A stretch of DNA of 64,000 bases from an uncultured delta proteobacterium (GTDB taxonomy: Bacteria; Myxococcota_A; Polyangia; Polyangiales; Polyangiaceae), in contig CAWDXG010000001.1 of assembly GCA_963806225.1 (NCBI GenBank), positions 1,984,001 through 2,048,000 of the forward strand, given 5' to 3'. The position numbers were made by a program, and so were the translations under genes. Shown here in pieces: positions 32,962 through 43,268 of the stretch. Positions within the stretch are counted from its first letter, which is position 1; the number at the start of each line of letters is the position of its first letter. Below the pieces are notes generated by a model. The model ran no database searches. It was not told the DNA's origin and saw only the letters and a list, made by a program, of their open reading frames with translations.

Positions 32962-33511
32962 ATGAACGAGGTGGGCGCGACGCAAGCCGGTGTGCAGAGT
33001 GGATGGCAGCCGCCGCCGGGTGGGGGCTATCCGCCGCCGGGTCCGCCGGGTCCGCCGGGTGGGGGCTATCCGCCGCCGGGTCCGCCGGGTGGGGGCTATC
33101 CGCCGCCGGGAGCGCCGCCGGGTGGGTATCCGCCGCCCGCGCCGCCGGGCGGGGGCGGGTTCGCGCCGGCGCAGCCGCCTGGCGGGGGCAAGCCGGTGAC
33201 GGGCAGCCCGCAGACGATGGCGCTGTACGCGACGACTCTCGATCCGGCCACCGGGATGCCCCGCGGCGAGAAACCGCCCGCCAGCACGGCGGCGGTGGTG
33301 GCGCTGATCTGCGGCTTCCTTCTATGCCTCGGGCCGCTCACCGGCATCACGGCGATCGTGGCCGGCTTCATGGGACGCAAGGCCGCGCGCGAAAACCCCG
33401 GCACCGTGGGCGGCGGCGGCATGGCGCTGGCGGGCATCATTCTCGGCGCCGTGAATCTGCTGCTGTCACGTGGTGTGGTTCGTGCTCTTCCTCGTGCAGG
33501 AGTTCGGATGA
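32962..33511 (+). CDS. DUF4190-like membrane protein with GGYPPPG repeats (C-terminal frameshift)
   Basis: Pro/Gly repeats, then AVVALICG...GITAIVAG...[12 protein letters not shown]. Confidence 0.75.
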
Positions 33512-33515
33512 TCGG

Positions 33516-34947
33516 ATGAGCGGAGCGCCGGAAAACCCGCGCCACCCGGCTACCGAACGCCCGCCGCCCGGGGCCTGGGCTCCGGCGCGCCAGGCAGCGT
33601 TGCGGCTCGTCCGCCCGCTGGAGCGCTTCCTGAAGATCCAGGCGGCCAGCGGTATCGTGCTGCTGATCGCGGCCGTGATCGCGATGACGTGGGCCAATTC
33701 GCCGTGGCAGCACAGCTACGAGGCGCTCTGGCACACGCCCATCTCGTTCGGCGTGGGCGGCGCGGTGTTCCGGAAGGACCTCCACTTCTGGATCAACGAC
33801 GGCCTGATGGTGATCTTCTTCTTCGTCGTCGGGCTGGAGATCCGGCGCGAGATCCACGCGGGCGAGCTCAGCGATCTGAAGCGCGCGGCGCTGCCCATCG
33901 CGGCGGCGCTGGGCGGCATGCTGGTGCCGGCGCTGATCTACCTCTCCTTCAACACGTCCAGGCTCACGCACCACGGCTGGGGCGTGCCGATGGCAACCGA
34001 CATCGCGTTCGCCGTCGGGATCCTGACGCTGCTCGGCAAGCGCGTGCCGGCGGCGCTGCGAGTGCTGCTCCTGGCGCTGGCGATCATCGACGACATCGGC
34101 GCCATCCTGGTCATCGCCTTCTTCTACTCCGCCGGGGTGAAGGTCATCGGGCTGCTGATCGCGGCGGCGGGCGTGGCGGGCGTGCTCGGGATGCAGCGCT
34201 TCGGCGTGCGGCAGGCCATGGCCTACGTGGTGCCGGGGACGGTGCTGTGGATCGGCATGATGGTGGCGGGCGTGCATCCCACCATCGCCGGCGTGATCCT
34301 GGGCCTGCTCGACCCCGGCGCGGTCGTGGTTCGGCGAGGAGGGGTTCCTGCACGAGGCGGGCGACGCGCTGAGCGAGTTCCGCCATCGCGCGCAGAACGC
34401 GGCGCTCGACAAGCACGCGCTGGTCAATCCGCTGGCGCGCCTGGACAAGGCGAGCCGCGAGGCGCTGCCGCCGGTGGTGCGGCTCGAGGCGCAGCTCAAC
34501 CCCTGGGTGGCGTACGGCATCATGCCGCTGTTCGCGCTGGCCAATGCCGGCGTCACGGTGGGGCAGGTGCACCTGGGGCAGGAAGGCACCAGCGCCATCG
34601 CTGTCGGCGTGGCGCTCGGTCTCTTGATCGGCAAGCCCATCGGTATCGTGGCGGCGAGCCTGCTGTCGGTGAAGCTCGGGCTGTGCGCGCTGCCGCGCGG
34701 TGTGGACTGGCGCGGGCTGCTTGTGGTCGGTGCCGTCGGCGGCATCGGCTTCACCATGGCGTTGTTCATCGCGCAGCTGGCGTTCCACGACGCGACGCAG
34801 CTCGGCGTGGCCAAGCTGGCCATCCTGGTAGGCTCGCTGGCGGCCGGCATCGGCGGGATGATCCTGGGGCGGGCGCTGCTCTCGAAGACGGGCGTCGCGG
34901 GCGCAGCGCGCACGGTCGCCGAGGCGGAGACGTCGACGGACCTGTGA
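33516..34947 (+). CDS. nhaA: Na+/H+ antiporter NhaA (frameshift near 34310)
   Basis: [34 protein letters not shown]. Confidence 0.93.
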
Positions 34948-35183
34948 AATCCCGGTCCCGGTCAGCAGCTTCGCTCGGTAGTCGGGCCGGGCGACGCCGG
35001 GAAAGCGGGCCCGGAGGCGGCGACCGGGACTGCGGCGGCGTCGGCGACCGCGCCGGTGGCAGTGGCAGGGGGCGGCACGGCGAGACATGGCCACGACACG
35101 AGGCAGGCTCGCGCCAGCCCTGCGGGCTGTCACTGCGCCCGCAGCGGCAGAGCGCGAGTGATGGATGCAGCGCGTCATATTCC

Positions 35184-35235
35184 TTCGCGCGCCCGGCGGC
35201 GGGCGGGTCGGGCGACCCGCCGCCAGGCGCGCGAA
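35184..35235 (+). promoter_or_regulatory. Long stem-loop directly before the RBS of the four-helix-bundle gene
   Basis: TTCGCGCGCC...GGCGCGCGAA with inner GGCGGCGGG/CCCGCCGCC, followed by AGGAGA. Confidence 0.55.
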
Positions 35236-35248
35236 AGGAGAAAACACG

Positions 35249-35572
35249 ATGCGCTTCCACACTCTCGACCTCGCCCTCGAAGCCCAGAAGGCCCTCGTGC
35301 CGCTGGTCCGCCGTATCCAGCGCCACGATCGCAAGCTGGCGCAGCAGATGAAGGACGCCACCAACAGCTTCGTGCTCAATCTTGGCGAAGGCGCCTATTC
35401 GGACCCGGGCACACGCCGTAGCCGCTACCAGAGCTCCGCCGGCAGCGCCGGCGAGGTCCGCATGGGCCTGCACGCGGCCGTCGGCTGGGGCTACCTCCGG
35501 GACGGCGAGGCGGAGCCCGCGTTAGGACATCTGGATCGCCTGCTGGGCTCCCTATGGAAGCTCACGCATTGA
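35249..35572 (+). CDS. Four-helix-bundle protein (23S rRNA IVS-protein/Avd-like family)
   Basis: [19 protein letters not shown]...SAGSAGEV...GYL; RBS AGGAG. Confidence 0.85.
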   Translation: MRFHTLDLALEAQKALVPLVRRIQRHDRKLAQQMKDATNSFVLNLGEGAYSDPGTRRSRYQSSAGSAGEVRMGLHAAVGWGYLRDGEAEPALGHLDRLLGSLWKLTH

Positions 35573-35579
35573 ACAGGAC

Positions 35580-35612
35580 CGCCCCGGCAGCCCTTGCGCC
35601 GCTGCCGGGGCG
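35580..35612 (+). terminator. 12-bp GC hairpin after the four-helix gene, no U-tract
   Basis: CGCCCCGGCAGC-N9-GCTGCCGGGGCG. Confidence 0.4.
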
Positions 35613-35866
35613 CGCCCCGCCGCCCCGCCGCCCCCGAGGCCTCCCCGCCGCCCCGTTCCTTGACAGATCCGGCCCCGGACACCCCGCGCCGCGGCCGCCC
35701 CCCTGCCACGGTCACCCCCAGTCGGACGCGGGAGCTCGCGCCGACGAGAACCGATCAAAGCTGGCTATGTAGGCTGGACGGTCGAAATACCCGGCTGATG
35801 GAGATATGCTCCGCCGGGCGCCGGATGTGGGGCCATGTGCGGCATTGGTGACAGGGAAGAGCGCCG

Positions 35867-37699
35867 GTGGAGAGCGAGCTGATCCGCGAATTTGCCGACG
35901 GCGAGCTGGTGCCGGGAACCCGCTACCGCGTGGTGGGGCTGATCGGCAGCGGCGGCATGGGCTCGGTCTACGACGTCGAGCACACGGAGCTCGGCAAGCG
36001 CTTCGTGCTCAAGGCGCTGCTCCGCGAGCTGTCGCGCCGCAAGGATCTGGTGGCGCGCCTGCGCCAGGAGTGGCGGGCGCTGGCGCGGCTCGAGCACCCC
36101 TGCATCGTCAACGTCACCGACGCGGGCACCAGCGGCAACGGCGTGCCCTTCTACGTGATGGAGCGGCTCGACGGCGAGACGCTCTCGGCGCGGCTCCATC
36201 GCGAGCGACGGCTGCCGGCGCCGGAAGCCCTGATGGTCGCGGCGGGCGTGCTCGACGGGCTCAGCGCGGCGCACGAGATCGGCATCGTGCACCGCGACGT
36301 GAAGCCTCCGAACATCATCGTGCTGGCCGGCGGCGGCGTGAAGCTGCTCGATTTCGGCATCGCCAAGATCGCTTCGTCCAGTGCGGAGGTGATCACCGCG
36401 CGCGGCGTAGCCATCGGCACGCCGCGCTACATGTCGCCGGAGCAGGCCCGCGGCGAGCGCGTGGACGGCCGCGCGGATCTGTACGCCGCCGGGCTCATCC
36501 TGTTCGAGATGATCGCCGGGCGCGGCCCGTTCGACGACGTGGCCGACGCCAACGAGCTGCTGCTCGCCCACCTGTCGAAGATCCCGCCGCGGCTTGCGAC
36601 GCTCGTGCCGGACGTGCCACCCGAGCTCGACCAGATCGTCGCGAGCCTGCTCGAGAAGGATCCGCGCGCACGCCCGCCGGCCGCGCGCCCCGTGGCCGAT
36701 GCGCTGCGCCAGCTCGCGCTGCGGCTCGGCGCGGTGCTGCCGCCGGCAGGGGCGAGCTATCCGCCGCCCCCGCGCGGCTCCACGCCTCCGGCGCGGCCGT
36801 CGGGTGCTCCCGCGGATCTCACGCGACCGGCGTCGCCGCGCGCCTCGCCGCAATTCGAAGCCACGCTGCCGCTTTCGGGGCCGGCGCCCGACGCGACGGT
36901 GCCATCCGTGCCTCCCGTCGGCGACACGACCGTGCTCGATCCGAAGCGCACGCTGCGGCTCGACGAGATGGAAGCGCGCCGCTCGGCTCCGCCGCGCGCG
37001 ATCGCAGCGGAGCCGGAGCGCGCCGCTGCCGTGGACGGCGCCACGTCGCCGTCTCTGCCCGACTGGCATCCGGGCGCCGGGCAGCCCGCACACCTGCTGC
37101 CGTCCGTCGAGGGCGCCCCCGTGGACCGCACCCTGACCCTGGAGGAGCTGGGCGAGAAACCGCGGCCCGTGGAGCAGCCGCCGCCCACGCGCACCGCCGT
37201 TCCGGCGGCCGTCATCGGCGGCGAGACGCCTCCGCCGGTCGAGTCCGAGCGTCCCCCGTCGGTTTCGGGCACGCCGCACCAGCGGGCGGGGCTCGCGGTG
37301 GCCCTGGGGCTCGCGGCGCTCATCACGGTCGGCGTGCTCGGCGTGGGCGCGTGGGCGGTGCTCGGCCACGGCGCGAGCGCGGCGCACGACGAGCCCTCGG
37401 CGACGGCGAGCGTGGCGAGCGCGCCGGCCGAGCCCGCAGAGCTGCCGGCCAGCGCGTCGCCGCAAGCGCCGGTGGCCTCGGCGTCGGCCACTGCCGTCAC
37501 GCCGGCCGCTGCGAAGTCTGCGCCCAGTGCGCAGCCGTCCGGGAGCGCTCCGGTGGCGGAAAAGGCCCCGCCGGCGCCGGCTAGGGCCCCCGCAACCCGG
37601 CCCACGCACCACGCGGCGGCCACCCTGCGTCCCAAGCCCACCCATCAGCCCGTCCACCACCTGGCGCCGCCCCCCGGCATGCCAGGCTCCGGGCTCTAG
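35867..37699 (+). CDS. Membrane-anchored Ser/Thr protein kinase
   Basis: IGSGGMGSVY, HRDVKPPN, DFG, GTPRYMSPEQ, TM helix, Pro/Ala-rich tail. Confidence 0.93.
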   Translation: MESELIREFADGELVPGTRYRVVGLIGSGGMGSVYDVEHTELGKRFVLKALLRELSRRKDLVARLRQEWRALARLEHPCIVNVTDAGTSGNGVPFYVMERLDGETLSARLHRERRLPAPEALMVAAGVLDGLSAAHEIGIVHRDVKPPNIIVLAGGGVKLLDFGIAKIASSSAEVITARGVAIGTPRYMSPEQARGERVDGRADLYAAGLILFEMIAGRGPFDDVADANELLLAHLSKIPPRLATLVPDVPPELDQIVASLLEKDPRARPPAARPVADALRQLALRLGAVLPPAGASYPPPPRGSTPPARPSGAPADLTRPASPRASPQFEATLPLSGPAPDATVPSVPPVGDTTVLDPKRTLRLDEMEARRSAPPRAIAAEPERAAAVDGATSPSLPDWHPGAGQPAHLLPSVEGAPVDRTLTLEELGEKPRPVEQPPPTRTAVPAAVIGGETPPPVESERPPSVSGTPHQRAGLAVALGLAALITVGVLGVGAWAVLGHGASAAHDEPSATASVASAPAEPAELPASASPQAPVASASATAVTPAAAKSAPSAQPSGSAPVAEKAPPAPARAPATRPTHHAAATLRPKPTHQPVHHLAPPPGMPGSGL

Positions 37700-37788
37700 C
37701 TCGCGCTTTGCCGAGCCCTTTACCAGGGCCCGATCCTGGAGTAGGTTCCGCGCCCCCGGACTTTCCGGGGAATACCTCAACATCATAG

Positions 37789-37868
37789 ACCACACGCTCC
37801 CGGCGCGAACGACCGGGTCCGGTGCTCCCTCATGGGGCTAGCCCGGCGGGGAGCGGAGGACTTAACCG
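37789..37868 (+). promoter_or_regulatory. rpsB (S2) autoregulatory leader RNA
   Basis: CACACGCTCCC...GGTGC...GGGAGCGGAGG...TAACC has the layout of the proteobacterial rpsB leader and sits directly upstream of rpsB. Confidence 0.7.
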
Positions 37869-37881
37869 GAAGGAGAGCGCG

Positions 37882-38835
37882 ATGAGTGACGAGACCACGC
37901 CCGTCGAGGGCACCGCCGAAGAACCCAGGCCCGAGGCGCAGCCGGGGCAGGACCCGCTGCTCGAGGCCAATGCCACCGAGGTGCCGCGCACCGCGGTGCT
38001 CGCCGCCGAGCGCGCCATCGCCGCCGAGGAGTCGGAGCAGGTCGCCAAGCCGCGCGATCCTGCCGAGCCGATGACCGTGCGCGAGCTATTCGAGGCCGGC
38101 GTGCACTTCGGTCACCAGACCAAGCGCTGGAACCCGAAGATGCGACCGTACATCTACGGCTCGCGCAGCGGCATCCACATTGTCGACCTGGACCAGACGG
38201 TCCATCTCTTCAAGAAGGCGTTCGACTTCGTGTCCGACACGGTCTCCCGCGGCGGCAGCGTGCTGTTCGTCGGCACCAAGCGCCAGGCGCAGGAGATCGT
38301 GCGCGAAGAAGCGTCCCGCGCCGGGATGTTCTTCGTGACCAACCGCTGGCTCGGCGGCACGCTGACCAACTTCCGCACCATGAAGCAGGGTCTGGATCGC
38401 CTGCGCTCCATCGAGCGCATGCGCGAGGACGGCACCTACGAGCAGATCCCGAAGAAGGAAACGGTCAAGCTCGAAAAGGAGCGCGCGCGGCTCGAGAAGT
38501 ACATCGGCGGCCTGAAGGGCATGGGCTCGCCGCCGCAGGCGGTGTTCATCATCGATCCCAGTCAGGAGCAGATCGCGGTCAACGAAGCCCGCAAGCTGCA
38601 CATCCCGATCGTCGCCATCACCGACACGAACTGCGATCCGGATCTGATCCAGTACGTGATCCCGGGCAACGACGACGCCATCCGCTCCATCCGCCTGCTC
38701 ACCGGCGCGATCGCGGACGCCTGCGTCTACGGCAGTGCGCGCCGCCGCGAGCACGCGCAGGGCCGCGAGGGCAGCGCCGCACCGGGCCGCGGCGGACCGG
38801 AAGCCACCGTCATCTACCAGGCCCCGCGCCGCTAG
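37882..38835 (+). CDS. rpsB: 30S ribosomal protein S2
   Basis: [38 protein letters not shown]. Confidence 0.98.
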   Translation: MSDETTPVEGTAEEPRPEAQPGQDPLLEANATEVPRTAVLAAERAIAAEESEQVAKPRDPAEPMTVRELFEAGVHFGHQTKRWNPKMRPYIYGSRSGIHIVDLDQTVHLFKKAFDFVSDTVSRGGSVLFVGTKRQAQEIVREEASRAGMFFVTNRWLGGTLTNFRTMKQGLDRLRSIERMREDGTYEQIPKKETVKLEKERARLEKYIGGLKGMGSPPQAVFIIDPSQEQIAVNEARKLHIPIVAITDTNCDPDLIQYVIPGNDDAIRSIRLLTGAIADACVYGSARRREHAQGREGSAAPGRGGPEATVIYQAPRR

Positions 38836-38918
38836 AACCGATAGCACGCCGTCGCGCCTTGCCCGTCCCTCCGGGGACGGCGCGCGCGATCGGTACCCCA
38901 AGGAAGAAGGAAGTAGAC

Positions 38919-39833
38919 ATGGCCCAGGTCAACATGCAGCAGGTCAAGGAGCTGCGCGATCGCACCCAGGCGGGACTCAACGACTGCCGCGGCGCCCTTA
39001 TCGAGTCCGAGGGCGACATGGACAAGGCGGTCGACATCATCCTGAAGAAGGGGCTCGCCAAGAGCGCCAAGCGCGCCGGCGCGGTCGCTTCGGAAGGCGT
39101 CGTCGAGGCCCGCGTCGCGGCCGACGCCAAGAGCGGCGTGCTCGTCGAGGTGAACATCCAGACCGACTTTGCCGCGCGCAACGAGGACTTCCTCGCTTTC
39201 GTGCAGAAGGTCGTCGACGCGGCCTCGAACGCGAAGGACGGCGCGGATCTGTCCGCGGAGCCCTATCAGGGCGGCGAGGGCAGCATCGAGGACAACAGGA
39301 AGGCGCTGGTCGGCAAGCTCGGCGAGAACATCACCGTGCGCCGCTGGCAGCGGCTCGCCGTCGAAGGCAACGGCCTGGTGCACTCCTACGTGCACATGGG
39401 CGGCAAGGTCGGCGTACTGCTCGCGGTGAAGACGCCGTCCAGTGACGTGCCGGCCGCGGTCAAGGAGTTCGCGGACAACACGGCGATGCAGATCGCCGCG
39501 ATGGCGCCGCAGTACCTCTCCACGAGCGAGGTGCCGGCGGACCTGAAGGCCAAGCAGTCGGAAATCTTCGACGCGCAGCTCGCCGACGAGGGCAAGCCCG
39601 AGAAGGTCCGCCCCAAGATCATCGAAGGCAAGCTCGCCAAGTGGATGAAAGAGATCTGCCTGCTCGAGCAAGCCAGCGTGATCGAGACCGACAAGACCAT
39701 CGCCAAGCAGGTCGCCGCCCTCGGTGACGGCGTGGAGCTCGTGAAGTTCGTCCGCTTCGAGCGCGGCGAAGGCGTCGAGAAGCCCCAGGGCGAAGACTTC
39801 GCCGCCGAAGTCGCGAAGATGACCGGCAACTGA
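38919..39833 (+). CDS. tsf: Elongation factor Ts
   Basis: VKELRDRTQAG, EVNIQTDFAARN, KLGENI, FVRFERGEG. Confidence 0.98.
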   Translation: MAQVNMQQVKELRDRTQAGLNDCRGALIESEGDMDKAVDIILKKGLAKSAKRAGAVASEGVVEARVAADAKSGVLVEVNIQTDFAARNEDFLAFVQKVVDAASNAKDGADLSAEPYQGGEGSIEDNRKALVGKLGENITVRRWQRLAVEGNGLVHSYVHMGGKVGVLLAVKTPSSDVPAAVKEFADNTAMQIAAMAPQYLSTSEVPADLKAKQSEIFDAQLADEGKPEKVRPKIIEGKLAKWMKEICLLEQASVIETDKTIAKQVAALGDGVELVKFVRFERGEGVEKPQGEDFAAEVAKMTGN

Positions 39834-39842
39834 GCGGCAAAG

Positions 39843-40425
39843 CGCCGTGACGTGACGAGCGCGCCGTGATGTGACGAGCGCGCCGTGATGTGACGAGCGC
39901 GCCGTGATGTGACGAGCGCGCCGTGATGTGACGAGCGCGCCGTGATGTGACGCGCGCGCCGTGATGTGACGAGCGCGCCGTGATGTGACGCGCGCGCCGT
40001 GATGTGACGAGCGCGCCGTGATGTGACGAGCGCGCCGTGGATGTGACGAGCGCGCCGTGATGTGACGCGCGCGCCGTGATGTGACGCGCGCGCCGTGATG
40101 TGACGCGCGCGCCGTGATGTGACGAGCGCGCCGTGATGTGACGAGCGCGCCGTGATGTGACGAGCGCGCCGTGGTGTGACGAGCGCGCCGTGATGTGACG
40201 CGCGCGCCGTGGAGTGCGCGAGCGGCCGTGATGTGCGCGCGGGCCGTGATGTGCGCGCGGGCCGTGATGTGACGAGCGCGCCGTGATGTGACGAGCGCGC
40301 CGTGATGTGACGCGCGCGCCGTGATGTGACGAGCGCGCCGTGATGTGACGCGCGCGCCGTGATGTGACGAGCGCGCCGTGATGTGACGAGCGCGCCGTGA
40401 TGTGCGCGCGGGCCGTGATGTGACG
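39843..40425. repeat. Tandem array of about 30 x 19 bp
   Basis: Unit GAGCGCGCCGTGATGTGAC with an A/C variant and a few shorter units. Confidence 0.95.
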
Positions 40426-40431
40426 TGGTGT

Positions 40432-40543
40432 GTGGGGCCCCCGTGCGGCGCGGAGCGCCGCGCTTGGGGGCCCGCGTCCGCGCGCAGGCCGGAGGCCGAG
40501 CACGGCGCGCCGTGGAGCGACGTGCAGCGCGGGGGCAGCCCCC
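40432..40543 (+). repeat. Structured ~115-nt dispersed element, copy 2 (left boundary of the RAYT island)
   Basis: GGGCCCCC-stem-GGGGGCCC...GCACGGCGC...AGCGACGTGCAGCGCGGGGG. Confidence 0.75.
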
Positions 40544-40546
40544 AAA

Positions 40547-40900
40547 CGGGCATTTCGGGTAGCAAGCTCGGGCTTGGGCGGCAAAATGCCCGTGAGACGG
40601 GCATTTCGGGTAGCAAGCTCGGGCTTGGGGGTGGAAATGCCCGTGAGACGGGCATTTCGGGTGGCAAGCTCGCCGGGGAGGGGTGGAAACGCCCGCGAGA
40701 CGGGCATTTTTGGTAGCAAGCTCGGGCTTGGGCGGCAAAATGCCCGTGAGACGGGCATTTCGGGTAGCAAGCTCGGGCTTGGGGGTGGAAATGCCCGTGA
40801 GACGGGCATTTCGGGTGGCAAGCTCGCCGGGGAGGGGTGGAAACGCCCGCGAGACGGGCATTTCGGGTAGCAAGCTCGGGCTTGGGCAGCAAAATGCCCG
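40547..40900. repeat. Array A: 7 palindromic units of 51-52 bp (REP-like)
   Basis: CGGGCATTT-N28-AAATGCCCG-TGAGA; units start at 40547, 40598, 40649, 40701, 40752, 40803, 40855 in ABCABCA order. Confidence 0.92.
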
Positions 40901-40904
40901 CCTG

Positions 40905-41645
40905 CGCCCATCCGCGCGGCAGCGCCGCCGATCCGCGCGGCAGCGCCGCCGATCCGCGCGGCAGCGCCGCCGATCCGCGCGGCAGCGCCGCCGATCCGCG
41001 CGGCAGCGCCGCCGATCCGCGCGGCAGCGCCGCCGATCCGCGCGGCAGCGCCGCCCCGCGGCACAGTGACGTTCCGCGCGGCAGCGCCGCCGACCGCGCG
41101 GCAGCGCCGCCCCGCGGCACAGTGACGTCCTTCCGCGCCGCCGCGCCGCCGATCCGCGCGGCAGCGCCGCCCCGCGGCACAGTGACGTCCTTCCGCGCGG
41201 CAGCGCCGCCGATCCGCGCGGCAGCGCCGCCGATCCGCGCGGCAGCGCCGCCCATCCGCGCCGCAGCGCCGCCCCATCCGCGCCGCAGCGCGCCGCCCAT
41301 CCGCCCATCCGCGCCGCAGCGCCGCCCCTTCCGCGCCGCAGCGCCGCCCCATCCGCGCCGCAGCGCGCCGCCCATCCGCGCCGCAGCGCGCCGCCCATCC
41401 GCGCGGCAGCGCGCCGCCCATCCGCGCCGCAGCGCCGCCCCATCCGCGCCGCAGCGCGCCGCCCATCCGCGCCGCAGCGCGCCGCCCATCCGCGCCGCAG
41501 CGCGCCGCCCATCCGCGCCGCAGCGCGCCGCCCATCCGCCCATCCGCGCCGCAGCGCGCCGCCGATCCGCGCGGCAGCGGGACGTCCTTCCGCGCCGCAT
41601 GACGCGGCACAGTGACGTCCTTCCGCGCCGCATGACGCGGCTCAG
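40905..41645. repeat. GC-rich 20-22 bp tandem repeats with a recurring GGCACAGTGACGTCCTTCC insert
   Basis: Unit GCCGATCCGCGCGGCAGCGCC and variants, running up to the RAYT stop codon. Confidence 0.9.
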
Positions 41646-42451
41646 TGACGGCGGCGGCGGGTGAAGTCGGGGGTTTGGCGGAGGCGGGGGTCGGCGAGGT
41701 GGAGGGCGCCGAGGCGGAGCAGCCCGGGGGCGAGGCACCTCTTGAGGCGGCGCACCTGTTCGACGGAGATGCCGGCGGCTCTGGCGATGAGGTCCGCGTC
41801 GCGCCAGCCCTGGTGCAGGGCGAGCTGCACGAGGAGTTGGTGGCGGCGCGGGGCGCCGCAGGGGACAGCGGAGCTTGCGGCGCTGGCGATGTCGGCGAGC
41901 GACACGAGCGGGACGGCTTGCGGAGCTGCCGCGATGGGAAGCGGCGTGCCCTCGACATGCACCGACGGATCGCCGGACACGTAGCTGTGCAGCCATTGTG
42001 GCAGGTCGGCTTCGCGGCGGCGGAGCAGGGCGGCGAGCCGCGCGGGCGAGACCCATGGATCGAGCTCGAGCCCGACGGCGCCGCGATGCGTGGACCACAG
42101 CCAACACAGCGGGTCGTCGGCGAGCCCCGCACGACAGGGGTTGAGGTGTACGTAGCGGATCTGCCGTGCGAGGTGCTTGCTGTCGCGGATGGGCGCGGGC
42201 TGCGGGACGGGCTGCCAGGTGCGACCGAGGCCCGCCTGCCGCGCGAAGGCCGCGAGGCACTGCGCGAGCCTGCGCCGCGCTTCGTCGCGATCGGCCGCCT
42301 CGACAAGCAGGTGCACGTGGTCGGGCATCAGCACCGCGGCGACGCAATCGGGGAACTGCCGGCGCAGCGCTGCCCAGAGCGCATTGCACGCCTGCGCCGA
42401 CTCGAGCGGGCGCGAGCCGGTGAGCGCGTGCGCGGTGAGATGCCAGAGCAT
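41642..42451 (-). mobile_element. Y1/HUH transposase of REP-associated tyrosine transposase (RAYT) type
   Basis: VLMPDHVHLLV (HUH motif), WQ, RYVHLNPCRAGL (catalytic Tyr), P..W.WST; HTH-like C-terminus. Confidence 0.88.
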
Positions 42452-42548
42452 GCGCCGCCCATCGGTCGTCGCTCGGCGCGGTTGCGCGGAAGTCGTCGCG
42501 TCGCTCGCGAGCCGGACCCACGCAGCCTCGACGTGATATCGTGATGGC

Positions 42549-43223
42549 ATGCGGCGCGCTGGGCTCGTGGTGCTGTGCGGACTCGCCGCGCTGTCGTGCG
42601 GGCAGGTGACGAGCAGCGCCGCGCCGGCAGTCGACGCCGGGGCGGAGGCGCAGCTGGACGCGGGCGATGCGGCCGACACGGACGCGGGTGACGCGGGCGC
42701 GCAGGGCGGCTCGTGGCAGAAGTGGTGCGAGCCCGACATGGTCAACAATCCGGCGTGCCCCGCCGCTGTGCCCACGCCCGGCAAGTCGTGCGCCGAGCAG
42801 GGGCTCGAATGCGCGTACCCCGCCAACTCCGGCGTCGCGCTCGACGACTGCGCGGCTCAGGGTGCGGGGCCGTGGTGGGTGTCGACCGGCGTGCTCTGCC
42901 GCTACGACTGTGCCGCGCTGGGCGACGCGGGAGCGGCGACGGCCGTGGGCGGCGCGGCGTGCGATTCGCGTTCCACCGTCGCGTGCGATCCCAGCGCGTA
43001 CCAGACGAACCAGATGACGCTCGACTCGCAGCTCGAGACCATCGTGCAGCAGTGCAACGCGGGTGGGCACATCATCTGGGTAGGCTTCGACAACGGCTGC
43101 GCGACGCGCATCGTGGGTGCGGACAGCGTCGTCGCCTCGTGCCTGGCCGGCAAGCTTGCCGCCCAGCGCTTCGAGTGCGCGCTCCATCTCGCATGCGGGC
43201 AGGCCTCGCTCCCCGTGCTGTGA
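42549..43223 (+). CDS. Cys-rich lipoprotein, unknown function
   Basis: Signal peptide with ALSC lipobox, DAG repeats, many Cys. Confidence 0.8.
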   Translation: MRRAGLVVLCGLAALSCGQVTSSAAPAVDAGAEAQLDAGDAADTDAGDAGAQGGSWQKWCEPDMVNNPACPAAVPTPGKSCAEQGLECAYPANSGVALDDCAAQGAGPWWVSTGVLCRYDCAALGDAGAATAVGGAACDSRSTVACDPSAYQTNQMTLDSQLETIVQQCNAGGHIIWVGFDNGCATRIVGADSVVASCLAGKLAAQRFECALHLACGQASLPVL

Positions 43224-43268
43224 CGCCGCGCGTACCGTGACGCCGCGCGGGCCGTGACGCGCCGGGCG

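Noticed and set aside
35249..35572. Diversity-generating retroelement (Avd-like gene)
   Set aside because: No reverse transcriptase or TR/VR pair in the window.
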